Below, one piece after another: positions 55,501 to 64,000 of a stretch of DNA of 64,000 nucleotides. Position numbers and translations under genes: made by a program. Positions within the stretch are counted from its first letter, which is position 1; each line of letters starts with the position of its first letter. The DNA is from an uncultured Spirochaetota bacterium. GTDB taxonomy: Bacteria > Spirochaetota > Spirochaetia > SZUA-6 > CAVTHK01. The stretch covers positions 160,001-224,000 of the forward strand of contig CAVTHK010000003.1 of assembly GCA_963734495.1 (NCBI GenBank), read 5' to 3'. The notes beneath the pieces are model-generated. The model saw nothing but the letters and a program-made list of their open reading frames with translations, searched no databases and was not told where the DNA came from.

Positions 55501-58247
55501 CCGGTCATCGTCACCGTGGAGGTGCTGGGTGTGAAGGTGCCGGCTGTGATGGACACGTTGCCGCTGGAGTTCAGCGCGCCGTTGGAGGAGAAGGTGTAGG
55601 CGCCCGCCGACATGGTGAAGCCGGCGCAGCTCAAGGTACCTGTCGATTGTGTGATGGTGGCAGCCGCGTTGCCGAGCGACACAGTCCTGCTGCCGGTGGC
55701 GCCGTCGAGGGTACCGCTGCCGATGGCGATGGTGGCGGCAGTGGCCGAGCTCATGGCGAGGTTGGCGCCTAGCTGCAGGGTGTTGCCGTTGAGGTCCAGC
55801 GTCCCCCGCGTCATCGTCAGCGTCCCAGTGAGCGTGACGTTGCTCAGCAGCTGCACCGTGGTGGCTCCCGCCCCCTTGTTGATGGTGAGGGCGTTCAGCG
55901 TCGCGGTGGCAGGAGGAGCATTCAGCGTGCTCCCGCTGGCTCCCTGCAGTGTCATGGTGGAGGTGACACGCGTAAAGTTGCCCGTCGCGGAGAAGCTCAC
56001 GTTGCCGCTGATCAGCAGGCTCTCGGAAGCTGTGGCAGCCAGGGTGGCGCCATTGCTCACCGTCACGTTGCCGCCCACAGTCAGGTTCTGGCCCCCCAGG
56101 CTGAAGGTGCCCGTGGTGACCGCCAGGTTGCCCGCAACGGTCAGCGCGCTGGTGGTGATGCTCACCGTGCCCCCGGAGGACAGGGTGAGGTTGTTCAGCT
56201 GGTTGCCGCCGGCCACCTGCACGGTTGTGCCTGCTCCGGTCATCGTCACCGTGGAGGTGCTGGGTGTGAAGGTGCCGGCTGTGATGGACACGTTGCCGCT
56301 GGAGTTCAGCGCGCCGTTGGAGGAGAAGGTGTAGGCGCCCGCCGACATGGTGAAGCCGGCGCAGCTCAAGGTACCTGTCGATTGTGTGATGGTGGCAGCC
56401 GCGTTGCTGAGCGACACAGTCCTGCTGCCGGTGGCGCCGTCGAGGGTACCGCTGCCGATGGCGATGGTGGCGGCAGTGGCCGAGCTCATGGCGAGGTTGG
56501 CGCCGAGCTGCAGGGTGTTGCCGTTGAGGTCCAGCGTCCCCCGCGTCATCGTCAGCGTCCCAGTGAGCGTGACGTTGCTCAGCAGCTGCACCGTGGTGGC
56601 TCCCGCCCCCTTGTTGATGGTGAGGGCGTTCAGCGTCGCGGTGGCAGGAGGAGCATTCAGCGTGCTCCCGCTGGCTCCCTGCAGTGTCATGGTGGAGGTG
56701 ACACGCGTAAAGTTGCCCGTCGCGGAGAAGCTCACGTTGCCGCTGATCAGCAGGCTCTCGGAAGCTGTGGCAGCCAGGGTGGCGCCATTGCTCACCGTCA
56801 CGTTGCCGCCCACAGTCAGGTTCTGGCCCCCCAGGCTGAAGGTGCCCGTGGTGACCGCCAGGTTGCCCGCAACGGTCAGCGCGCTGGTGGTGATGCTCAC
56901 CGTGCCCCCGGAGGACAGGGTGAGGTTGTTCAGCTGGTTGCCGCCGGCCACCTGCACGGTTGTGCCTGCTCCGGTCATCGTCACCGTGGAGGTGCTGGGT
57001 GTGAAGGTGCCGGCTGTGATGGACACGTTGCCGCTGGAGTTCAGCGCACCGTTGGAGGAGAAGGTGTAGGTGCCCGCCGACATGGTGAAGCCGGCGCAGC
57101 TCAAGGTACCCGTGCTCTGCGTGATGGTGGCGGCCGCGTTGCTGAGCGACACAGTCCTGCTGCCGGTGGCGCCGTTGAGGGTGCCGCTGCCGATGGCGAT
57201 GGTGGCGGCAGTGGCCAATGGCGAGGTTGGCGCCCAGCTGCAGGGTGTTGCCGTTGAGGTCCAGCGTCCCCCGCGTCATCGTCAGCGTCCCAGTGAGCGT
57301 GACGTTGCTCAGCAGCTGCACCGTGGTGCCCCCGGCCCCTGTGTTCACCGTCACGTTGCGGAAGCTGAACCCGGCGCTATTGATGGTCGCTGCCGCGCTG
57401 TTGAACAGAAAGGTCCCGGTTGTCGTGAAGGTCGCAAGGCTTGTCAGGTTGACCGCGCCGGCAGTGACCGTGACCTGGTTGGCGCCGCAGTTCAACGTTC
57501 CGCCGCCCGCGGCGGCCGAAACCCCCCCCGTCCCGGCTGCCCCGCTGATAATAAGGGCGTCTGCGAGGGTCACGTTTCCGCTCAGTGAGGCAGTCCCCAC
57601 CCTCAGCCCCGCGATCGTCTTGCCCGCGCTGGTGAAGGTCGTAGGGCCGTCGACGAAGTCCACATCGGTCGAACCGGGCGTGTAGGTGATGTTCGTCAGG
57701 TTGACAGTCGCCCCATGCAGGCGCAGACGGCCGGCACCCCCCGCGTTGAGCGTGGCGGTGCCCGCCCCGCTGACAGTGCCGTAGACTTCGACTCTCGTCC
57801 CCGTGCCCGAGGCCCCGGAGAAATTGAGCGTGCCGTTGTTGTTGATGGCCAGGTTGCCGCCGATGGTGAGCGTGTTGTCTTGTGTCACCAGTGTACCGGG
57901 GTTCGCGCCCCCCAGCGTGCAGTTGGCATTGATGGGCAGAGGGTACGTAAGCGTAAGCGAAGCCCCTGTGCCGCGAATCGTGAGCGAATTGATGCTCGTC
58001 CCGACTCCGGAAGGGTCTGTAGCGTAGTCATAGTCCATCACGACCGCGTTGTTGGCTGCGGTAGGGATCGACACGTCATCGGCGGAACCCGGAACCGCGA
58101 ATATGTCCCAGTTGTTGATATTGCTCCAGAGGATCGCCGCCCTCCTCCTGTCCAGGTGGCAGGAGCACAGAGCAACAAAGGGACGAGGAAAAAAAGGGCA
58201 GTCACGCAGACGCGGGCCGGGACGCGCACCTTACCCTCTCCGTTCAT
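46517..58247 (-). CDS. Giant (~3,900 aa) Gly/Thr/Ala/Asn-rich beta-strand-repeat surface protein with a C-terminal FlgD-Ig-like domain (about 10 frameshifts)
   Basis: Signal-peptide-like N-terminus at 58247; continuous repeats across ORFs 53878..58074, 55278..57218, 49152..54560, 47885..49798, 47233..48786 and 46965..47861; DTDGNGRIDRI; C-terminus WDGRNRGDRAVARGVYFIKV...TRKVLVVR. Confidence 0.8.
54843..57326. repeat. Near-identical 735-bp (245 aa) intragenic tandem repeat, ~3.4 copies
   Basis: Near-identical 240-aa antisense ORFs at 55612 and 56347 (offset 735); the same text recurs at ~54877 and ~57082. Confidence 0.92.
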
Positions 58248-58376
58248 CGTAAGTCTTCCCTATGCAGGAGCTTACCACCATCCGCCGTTCAATCACAGAA
58301 GCAAACGGGACCGGCAGCGCGTGCCGGCCCCGCCGTGAGCTTCCCCGCAGGTATCTGGACTATTCAGCCCGAAAGT

Positions 58377-60740
58377 CTAGTTCGACAGCACCCACAATTC
58401 GCTGTCCGAGGAGCCGTCGTCGGCCTGGAAATAGAGCTTGCCGTTGAACGCCATGAACTGGCCCGGATTGCTGTCCCCCGCGCCCGGGTTGATGTCCTTC
58501 ACCAGGCTGACCGTGCTTCCGTCGTACTTGTAGAGCTCCCAGCCCGCGCCACCGCCGTCGTTGCCGGAGAAGTACAGCGCACCGCCATACACCCCCATGC
58601 CGGTGGCAGCAACACCGTCCGCGGAGCCCGGGTTCAGGTCCTTCACCTGGCTGATCGAGCTGCCGTCGTACTTCCACAGCTCCACGCCCGTGCTGCCGTC
58701 GTTGCCCAGGAAATACAGCGCGTTGGCGAAAACCACCATCGCAGCACCGGGAACAGGCGTAACGCTCTTGCTTGCGTCAGCAAGCACGGTCCCCACGCCG
58801 GTCCCGTTGCTCTTCCACAGCCTTGTGTTCGTGCCGTCGTAGGCGGAGAAACACAACAGGCTGTTGAACACGGTGAGGTTCGCCGGGTTGCTGTTGCCGG
58901 CAGGGTTGATGTCCTTGACGAGCGTGATCGTGGTGCCGTTTGTGCTGTACAGCTCCCGCCCGGCTGTTCCCGCGCTGTCCCCGGCCGCCATGTACAACGC
59001 CGTCCCGAACGTCTGCAGGTACGCCGGGGTGACCAGCGTGGTGACGGCGGCAGGCGGCGTCAAGGAGCCGTCGTAGGCGAACAGCGGGAAGTCGATTCCA
59101 TTGGTCGTAGCCTGGAAGTAGAGCTTGGAGTTGAACACTGTCAGGAACGTGGGGTTGCTGGACCCGGTGGTGTTGATATCGTCCACAAGGCTGGGCGAGG
59201 TGCCGTTGTATTTCCACAGCTCCGTCCCGGAGGAGCCGTCGGAAGCGGAGAAATAGAGGGCGCCGCTGAACACGCAGAGGTTGGAAGGGTTGCTCGAGCC
59301 GCTCCCCGCGTTGATGTCGGCGGCGCGGGCGGCCGACGTGCCGTCGTATTTCCACAGCTCCGTTCCCGAGGAGCCGTCTGTGGCGGAAAAGTAGAGGGCG
59401 GTGCCGAACACGCAGGGGCTGGAGGGGTTGCTCGAGCCGGCGCCCGGGTTGATGTCGGCCGCGCGCTGCAAGGCAACCTGGACCGGCGGAACGTACGGAT
59501 CGTAGTAGTGCAGATACCAGTCCGTGAACTCCGCGCCCATGCTCTGTCTCCAGAGCGTGAAGCGGGGATAAGGGATCTCGATGCGCTGACCTTCGTCCGG
59601 GTTCTTCCATGCCGACGGCACAAGAAGCGCCCACGGGAACCCTTGCGAGTCCTGGAAGGAGCTTCCGGAGTTGCGGGAGTTCGGGAGCGCACCTTCGCCC
59701 ATGAGATGGATATCGTATCCGGTGTTGTAGACGTACAGGTAGGGGTTGTACGGCGCCTGGTCGATCTGCGCCGGGTCCTGAGGCGTCTTGAACTCCAGGG
59801 AGAAGTCCGCAGTCTTCCCGACTGAGTCCTTCGTGCTGTCAAAGAGCACGATGTCGGCCTGGCCGCTGACGCTGCGATCCTTGATGCCGCGGCCAGCAGA
59901 CAGCCCGCTGGCGTTCAGGTACGTGACGTTCAGAAGGGCGTCTCCGGCAAAGGGGCTGAAGAAGATGCCGAAGCGATGGTTGTACCCGGCCAGCTTGACC
60001 GTGGCCCTGGCATGGCCTTCGACACGCACGACCTTGTTCGCCGAATCGGTGATCAACGTTATCTGGTACTCGGCGATGAAGTCGTTGTAGTCGGCGTCAC
60101 CGGCCTGGGCCTGCAGGTAAAGATCTTCGAACGCTACAGTGAGCGGTCCGCTGGCTGGGACGTTCAGGGTAAAGGCCGACTGCGGGTCGTCCGGGGAAGC
60201 GTCGTACGCGTCCGGGACGCCGTCGCCGTCCCTGTCCGGAAGGCTAGCGCTCCTGGCGGCGCTGCCCGTGGAGACCAACGCCATCTTCCTGTTGACCTCG
60301 GAGTACCTCCGCATGTCTCGAATGACCACCTGCCTCTCGCCGAAGCCCTCTGCGCTGAGGGTGAGGGTCATGTCTTCCGGGGCAGCCGGAAGGCTCAGCC
60401 CACCGTGAAGTGTGCCGTCCGCCTGCACCTTGCCGGCGTACACGAGGTTTCCCTTGGAATCGTGGAGGTTCGCGATCACCTCAGCCGCGCCAGGCGCGAG
60501 CTTCTCGAGCGCTCCCCGCCCGCTCCCGGATGCAGAATAGAGGTCTACGCTCAGGTTGAGCGCCACGGGGAGAAGTGTCTGAAACCTGAACTCTCCCGTG
60601 AACGGCCGGGAAACATCTGCGACCTGGTCCGCGGGACGAGAAGGAGTGGCGTTGCCTGTGGCCGCTTCGTTCAGCGGGCTGGGACAGCCGCTGAGCAGCA
60701 ACAGAGCCGCCGCGCATGACAAAGGAAAAAGCTTACGCAT
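58377..60740 (-). CDS. LruC/DUF4842-domain lipoprotein with C-terminal ELWxxDGT repeats
   Basis: Lipobox LLSGC; DRDGDGVPDAYDASPDDP Ca-binding motif; AFEDL...GDADYNDF, PYNPY, GFPWAL and YPRF..W (LruC domain); repeated DG..G.ELWKYDG. Confidence 0.88.
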   Translation of the reverse strand: MRKLFPLSCAAALLLLSGCPSPLNEAATGNATPSRPADQVADVSRPFTGEFRFQTLLPVALNLSVDLYSASGSGRGALEKLAPGAAEVIANLHDSKGNLVYAGKVQADGTLHGGLSLPAAPEDMTLTLSAEGFGERQVVIRDMRRYSEVNRKMALVSTGSAARSASLPDRDGDGVPDAYDASPDDPQSAFTLNVPASGPLTVAFEDLYLQAQAGDADYNDFIAEYQITLITDSANKVVRVEGHARATVKLAGYNHRFGIFFSPFAGDALLNVTYLNASGLSAGRGIKDRSVSGQADIVLFDSTKDSVGKTADFSLEFKTPQDPAQIDQAPYNPYLYVYNTGYDIHLMGEGALPNSRNSGSSFQDSQGFPWALLVPSAWKNPDEGQRIEIPYPRFTLWRQSMGAEFTDWYLHYYDPYVPPVQVALQRAADINPGAGSSNPSSPCVFGTALYFSATDGSSGTELWKYDGTSAARAADINAGSGSSNPSNLCVFSGALYFSASDGSSGTELWKYNGTSPSLVDDINTTGSSNPTFLTVFNSKLYFQATTNGIDFPLFAYDGSLTPPAAVTTLVTPAYLQTFGTALYMAAGDSAGTAGRELYSTNGTTITLVKDINPAGNSNPANLTVFNSLLCFSAYDGTNTRLWKSNGTGVGTVLADASKSVTPVPGAAMVVFANALYFLGNDGSTGVELWKYDGSSISQVKDLNPGSADGVAATGMGVYGGALYFSGNDGGGAGWELYKYDGSTVSLVKDINPGAGDSNPGQFMAFNGKLYFQADDGSSDSELWVLSN

Positions 60741-61891
60741 GAGAGACCTCCCGAATCCCGACCTGTCTATGCCGGTTGCGCTCCCCTCTTGCGCAAGCGA
60801 ACGTCAATGGAGCACCCACAGCTCGCTGCCGGTAGTTCCATCGTCGGCCTGAAAGTAGAGCCTGTTGTTGAACGCCATGAACTGCCCGGGGTTGCTGTCC
60901 CCCGCGCCCGGGTTGATGTCCTTCACCAGGCTGACCGTGCTCCCGTCGTACTTGTAGAGCTCCCAGCCCGCGCCACCGCCGTCGTTGCCGGAGAAGTACA
61001 GCGCACCGCCATACACCCCCATGCCGGTGGCAGCAACACCGTCCGCGGAGCCCGGGTTCAGGTCCTTCACCTGGCTGATCGAGCTGCCGTCGTACTTCCA
61101 CAGCTCCACGCCCGTGCTGCCGTCGTTGCCCAGGAAATACAGCGCGTTGGCGAAAACCACCATCGCAGCACCGGGAACAGGCGTAACGCTCTTGCTTGCG
61201 TCAGCAAGCACGGTCCCCACGCCGGTCCCGTTGCTCTTCCACAGCCTTGTGTTCGTGCCGTCGTAGGCGGAGAAACACAACAGGCTGTTGAACACGGTGA
61301 GGTTCGCCGGGTTGCTGTTGCCGGCAGGGTTGATGTCCTTGACGAGCGTGATCGTGGTGCCGTTTGTGCTGTACAGCTCCCGCCCGGCTGTTCCCGCGCT
61401 GTCCTCGGCCGCCATGTACAACGCCGTCCCGAACGTCTGCAGGTACGCCGGGGTGACCAGCGTGGTGACGGCGGCAGGCGGCGTCAAGGAGCCGTCGTAG
61501 GCGAACAGCGGGAAGTCGATTCCATTGGTCGTAGCCTGGAAGTAGAGCTTGGAGTTGAACACTGTCAGGAACGTGGGGTTGCTGGACCCGGTGGTGTTGA
61601 TATCGTCCACAAGGCTGGGCGAGGTGCCGTTGTATTTCCACAGCTCCGTCCCGGAGGAGCCGTCGGAAGCGGAGAAATAGAGGGCGCCGCTGAACACGCA
61701 GAGGTTGGAAGGGTTGCTCGAGCCGCTCCCCGCGTTGATGTCGGCGGCGCGGGCGGCCGACGTGCCGTCGTATTTCCACAGCTCCGTTCCCGAGGAGCCG
61801 TCTGTGGCCGAAAAGTAGAGGGCGGCGCTGAACACGCAGGGGTTGGAGGGGTTGCTCGAGCCGGCACCGAGGTTGATGTCGGCCGCGCGCT
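58387..61891. repeat. ~1.07 kb direct duplication (about 58390-59467 and 60814-61891, offset 2424)
   Basis: Identical antisense ORFs at 58561 and 60985; the core is almost identical and mismatches cluster at both ends. Confidence 0.92.
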
Positions 61892-62021
61892 CGACGACCA
61901 GGGGGGACGGCGTCGTCCCATCCGAGCCGCCGGGGCTGGCGCACCGCAGGACCGGTATGACCAGCACCATAAACAGCAGAAGACGGATGAGTTGTTTCGC
62001 TCGAGACCCACTTTTTCTCAT
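60804..62021 (-). CDS. ELWxxDGT-repeat (beta-propeller) putative lipoprotein
   Basis: Basic N-region, hydrophobic stretch and Cys (VLRC), then about 7 'DINP...SNP...LYF.A.DG..G.ELWKYDG' repeats. Confidence 0.88.
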   Translation of the reverse strand: MRKSGSRAKQLIRLLLFMVLVIPVLRCASPGGSDGTTPSPLVVERAADINLGAGSSNPSNPCVFSAALYFSATDGSSGTELWKYDGTSAARAADINAGSGSSNPSNLCVFSGALYFSASDGSSGTELWKYNGTSPSLVDDINTTGSSNPTFLTVFNSKLYFQATTNGIDFPLFAYDGSLTPPAAVTTLVTPAYLQTFGTALYMAAEDSAGTAGRELYSTNGTTITLVKDINPAGNSNPANLTVFNSLLCFSAYDGTNTRLWKSNGTGVGTVLADASKSVTPVPGAAMVVFANALYFLGNDGSTGVELWKYDGSSISQVKDLNPGSADGVAATGMGVYGGALYFSGNDGGGAGWELYKYDGSTVSLVKDINPGAGDSNPGQFMAFNNRLYFQADDGTTGSELWVLH

Positions 62022-62294
62022 GTTGGGACGCAAAGCGCCTCCGTTTTGCCCGGCCAAGCCCTCCCTCTTGACCCTTCGGGATCATCCTACCACCTCCAGG
62101 CCGGCTTTTCCACTGCCCGCGGCGGTGGCCGATATCGCGGGAAAGCGGGCTAACTGCCTCTGGAAATAGGGGATACGAGCCGGAGGGGGTCGATCATTCC
62201 GAGTCGACGCTTTTGTCCCATGTGGTGGCGATATAAGGCGGGCACAAGGGGCCCGACCACTCCCGTTCGCGGACCGTTGGCAGGCCGGTCGTGG

Positions 62295-62894
62295 TCACGG
62301 CGCCGTGTAGTTCTCGGCGATGACGGTGGCAGTCATCGAGCGCCAGGCTTCATAGGTGTCGGAGGCTATGACCTGTCCGTCACCTGTGACCGTGGCCGTG
62401 ATCGACATCATCCGGAAGACCTGGTAGCCCTCGCTTCCGAGGGGGAAGGGATTATCGCCCGCTGTCAACGTGAGATCCGTGGCTGCCACCGCAGTCACCG
62501 CGCTGTAGACGCCGCTTCCCGTGTTCAGGGCCATGTCGCCCACACGGACACCTGCGGCCACGAAATTGGCAGTCCCGTCAACGAGATGGCCGGCGGACGC
62601 GACGGTGGCGCTGCCCGACGCAATCGGAGGCGGATCAGGGCTCACATCGATGCGCAGGTACACGGGGGGGCGCATCACGTGCTCGTCGTTGTCGTAGTCC
62701 AGCGACCAGGGAAGCCCCGCGCCCGCGAATGTGCGCAACGTGCCCGATTCATCGGCCACGGCCGTGACCGAAACGTTGACCGCCGTGCCACTGAGCCGGT
62801 ATTCGACCGTCGAGTACTCGGGGTCGATGCGCCAGGCGCACCCCGCGAGCAGCGCGGCCAGGGATACCAACAACAACCACCGACAGCTCTTCAT
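62295..62894 (-). CDS. Hypothetical lipoprotein
   Basis: MKSCRWLLLVSLAALLAGC lipobox; GGAG RBS; beta-rich mature part. Confidence 0.75.
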   Translation of the reverse strand: MKSCRWLLLVSLAALLAGCAWRIDPEYSTVEYRLSGTAVNVSVTAVADESGTLRTFAGAGLPWSLDYDNDEHVMRPPVYLRIDVSPDPPPIASGSATVASAGHLVDGTANFVAAGVRVGDMALNTGSGVYSAVTAVAATDLTLTAGDNPFPLGSEGYQVFRMMSITATVTGDGQVIASDTYEAWRSMTATVIAENYTAP

Positions 62895-62970
62895 ACTGGC
62901 TCCGACGCCTATCCCTAAGCATAACCCACTCCGCCGCCGAACCAGGGCACCGGTGGCCCTGCATTTCGAT

Positions 62971-62999
62971 TTGCCAGCAGGCCCAGAGGCGGCTATCAT
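62971..62999 (+). promoter_or_regulatory. Putative sigma70 promoter
   Basis: TTGCCA-N17-TATCAT upstream of the small ORF at 63059. Confidence 0.5.
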
Positions 63000-63058
63000 T
63001 GAACGGGCAAGGGAAATCGGAAGGTCGGGAGGAAGTCCAGCCGCACGGAGGTGCTCCT

Positions 63059-63223
63059 GTGTACAAGCCGAGGCGCAGTCGTCCTTCGACCGATCACATG
63101 CCGAAGCACCCGGCAACGACCGCAGTACCGATTCGCAGGCAGCTGCTGATGGAGGGCCTGCTGATGACTCACGGCACCCGGGGCAAAGCGACCCGGGGAC
63201 CCAGAGGCAACAAGAAGTACTGA
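63059..63223 (+). CDS. Small basic hypothetical protein (54 aa)
   Basis: GGAGGTG RBS 5 nt before GTG; MYKPRRSRPSTDHMPKHP...TRGPRGNKKY. Confidence 0.45.
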   Translation: MYKPRRSRPSTDHMPKHPATTAVPIRRQLLMEGLLMTHGTRGKATRGPRGNKKY

Positions 63224-63245
63224 GCCCGCCTCCTGCGGGGAGACA

Positions 63246-63626
63246 TGCATCCGGCGATCTTCGTCGCGGCCGCGGCCCTCGTCGTCCTGCTGGCGCTGCT
63301 GAGCCTTGCTGTGGCGCGCGGGAGCGGCGCGAGCAGGCGGCGTGGTGCGCGCGCCGCACAGGCGGCGGACACGCTGCCCCGTCTGCGGCTCCGGTCTGGA
63401 CGAGGGCGAGTCCGTCAAGACCGTCGCTTACCCCGGTCGGGCTGAGCGCCTGGTGCACTTGTACGGCTGCCGCCAGTGCTACGGAGCCGGCGCTCACCTC
63501 CCGCGGCGCTGCCCCGTCTGCCGCGCGCTCCTGGAAGCAGAGGACTACCTCGTCGGCAGGCTGCTCGCGGGCGAGCCGCGCGGGCGGGTGCGGGTGTGGG
63601 GTTGCTCACGGTGTCAGCCGCGATAG
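63246..63626 (+). CDS. Membrane-anchored protein with four CxxC motifs (double zinc-ribbon-like; frameshift near 63350)
   Basis: GGGGAG RBS; TM MHPAIFVAAAALVVLLALL; CPVC, GCRQC, CPVC and GCSRC in the second frame. Confidence 0.65.
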
Positions 63627-63632
63627 CGGCGG

Positions 63633-64000
63633 CTACTCGACCGTGACGCTCTTGGCGAGGTTGCGCGGCTGGTCCACGTCCCGCCCCAGGAAGCGCGCGG
63701 TGTGGTACGCGAACAGCTGCATCGGCACGACGAAGAGGAACGGGTACATCAGCTCGTGCGTCTGGGGGATCCGGATCACGTCGTCGCAGACGTCGCCCAG
63801 CCCGTTCGTGCCCTCCGGGGCGACGGCGATGACCGGGCCGCGGCGCGCCCTGACTTCCTTCATGTTGTTGACGACTTTTTCCTGGAGCCTGTCGTTCGGC
63901 ACGAGGAACATGCTCGGCGTCTCGGGGTTGATGAGCGCGATCGGCCCGTGCTTGATCTCCGCGGCGCTGTAGCCCTCCGCGTGGATGTACGAGATCTCCT
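63633..64000 (-). CDS. glmS: Glutamine--fructose-6-phosphate transaminase, 3' end (partial)
   Basis: EISYIHAEGYSAAEIKHGPIALI...DVDQPRNLAKSVTVE. Confidence 0.97.
   Translation of the reverse strand, partial: EISYIHAEGYSAAEIKHGPIALINPETPSMFLVPNDRLQEKVVNNMKEVRARRGPVIAVAPEGTNGLGDVCDDVIRIPQTHELMYPFLFVVPMQLFAYHTARFLGRDVDQPRNLAKSVTVE

Noticed and set aside
58387-61891. Diversity-generating retroelement TR/VR pair
   Set aside because: Mismatches involve all bases rather than only adenines, both copies are coding, the repeat is over 1 kb, and no reverse transcriptase is present.
63020-63240. RNase P RNA (GGAGGAAGTCC resembles GAGGAAAGTCC)
   Set aside because: The downstream conserved elements and the 3' P4 strand are missing; an RBS plus small ORF explains the region better.
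13-63972. Long antisense or alternate-frame ORFs (e.g. 9201..11963 +, 1246..3384 +, 51948..54623 +, 62731..63972 +)
   Set aside because: Shadow ORFs expected at high GC; they lie opposite motif-supported genes and have no motifs of their own.

Overview
Very GC-rich bacterial chromosomal segment, most likely from a free-living Spirochaetota member. This is inferred from the spirochaete-type FlgM, the HATPase-HDOD protein, the lspA/Nif3 neighbourhood, an LruC-domain lipoprotein and a giant protein with an FlgD-Ig-like C-terminus. Many genes are split by single-base frameshifts that look like long-read indel errors, so CDS limits were reconstructed across frames. From left to right: a GldAFG-like ABC operon with a DUF4340-like gene; a VWA lipoprotein; a CapA-family protein; a PTS EIIA-like gene and mgtA; a 53-54 bp hairpin repeat array carrying seven CsrA-type GGA loops; a CbbQ/NorQ plus VWA pair; a PAS hybrid kinase; an RpiB-family gene; HlyD plus a heterodimeric ABC exporter; rubrerythrin; two divergent giant CoA-activase/reductase (PlsA/Ger-like) genes flanking a radical SAM-SPASM gene; tRNA-Gly; a VWA-FHA-PIG-L protein; fba; tRNA-Ala; housekeeping genes; flgM; a ~11.7 kb repeat-rich surface-protein gene; two ELWxxDGT lipoproteins sharing a near-identical ~1.07 kb block; small ORFs; and the 3' end of glmS. 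The best novelty candidates are the CsrB-like GGA hairpin array, the twin PlsA/Ger-like plus radical SAM locus, and the surface-protein island.
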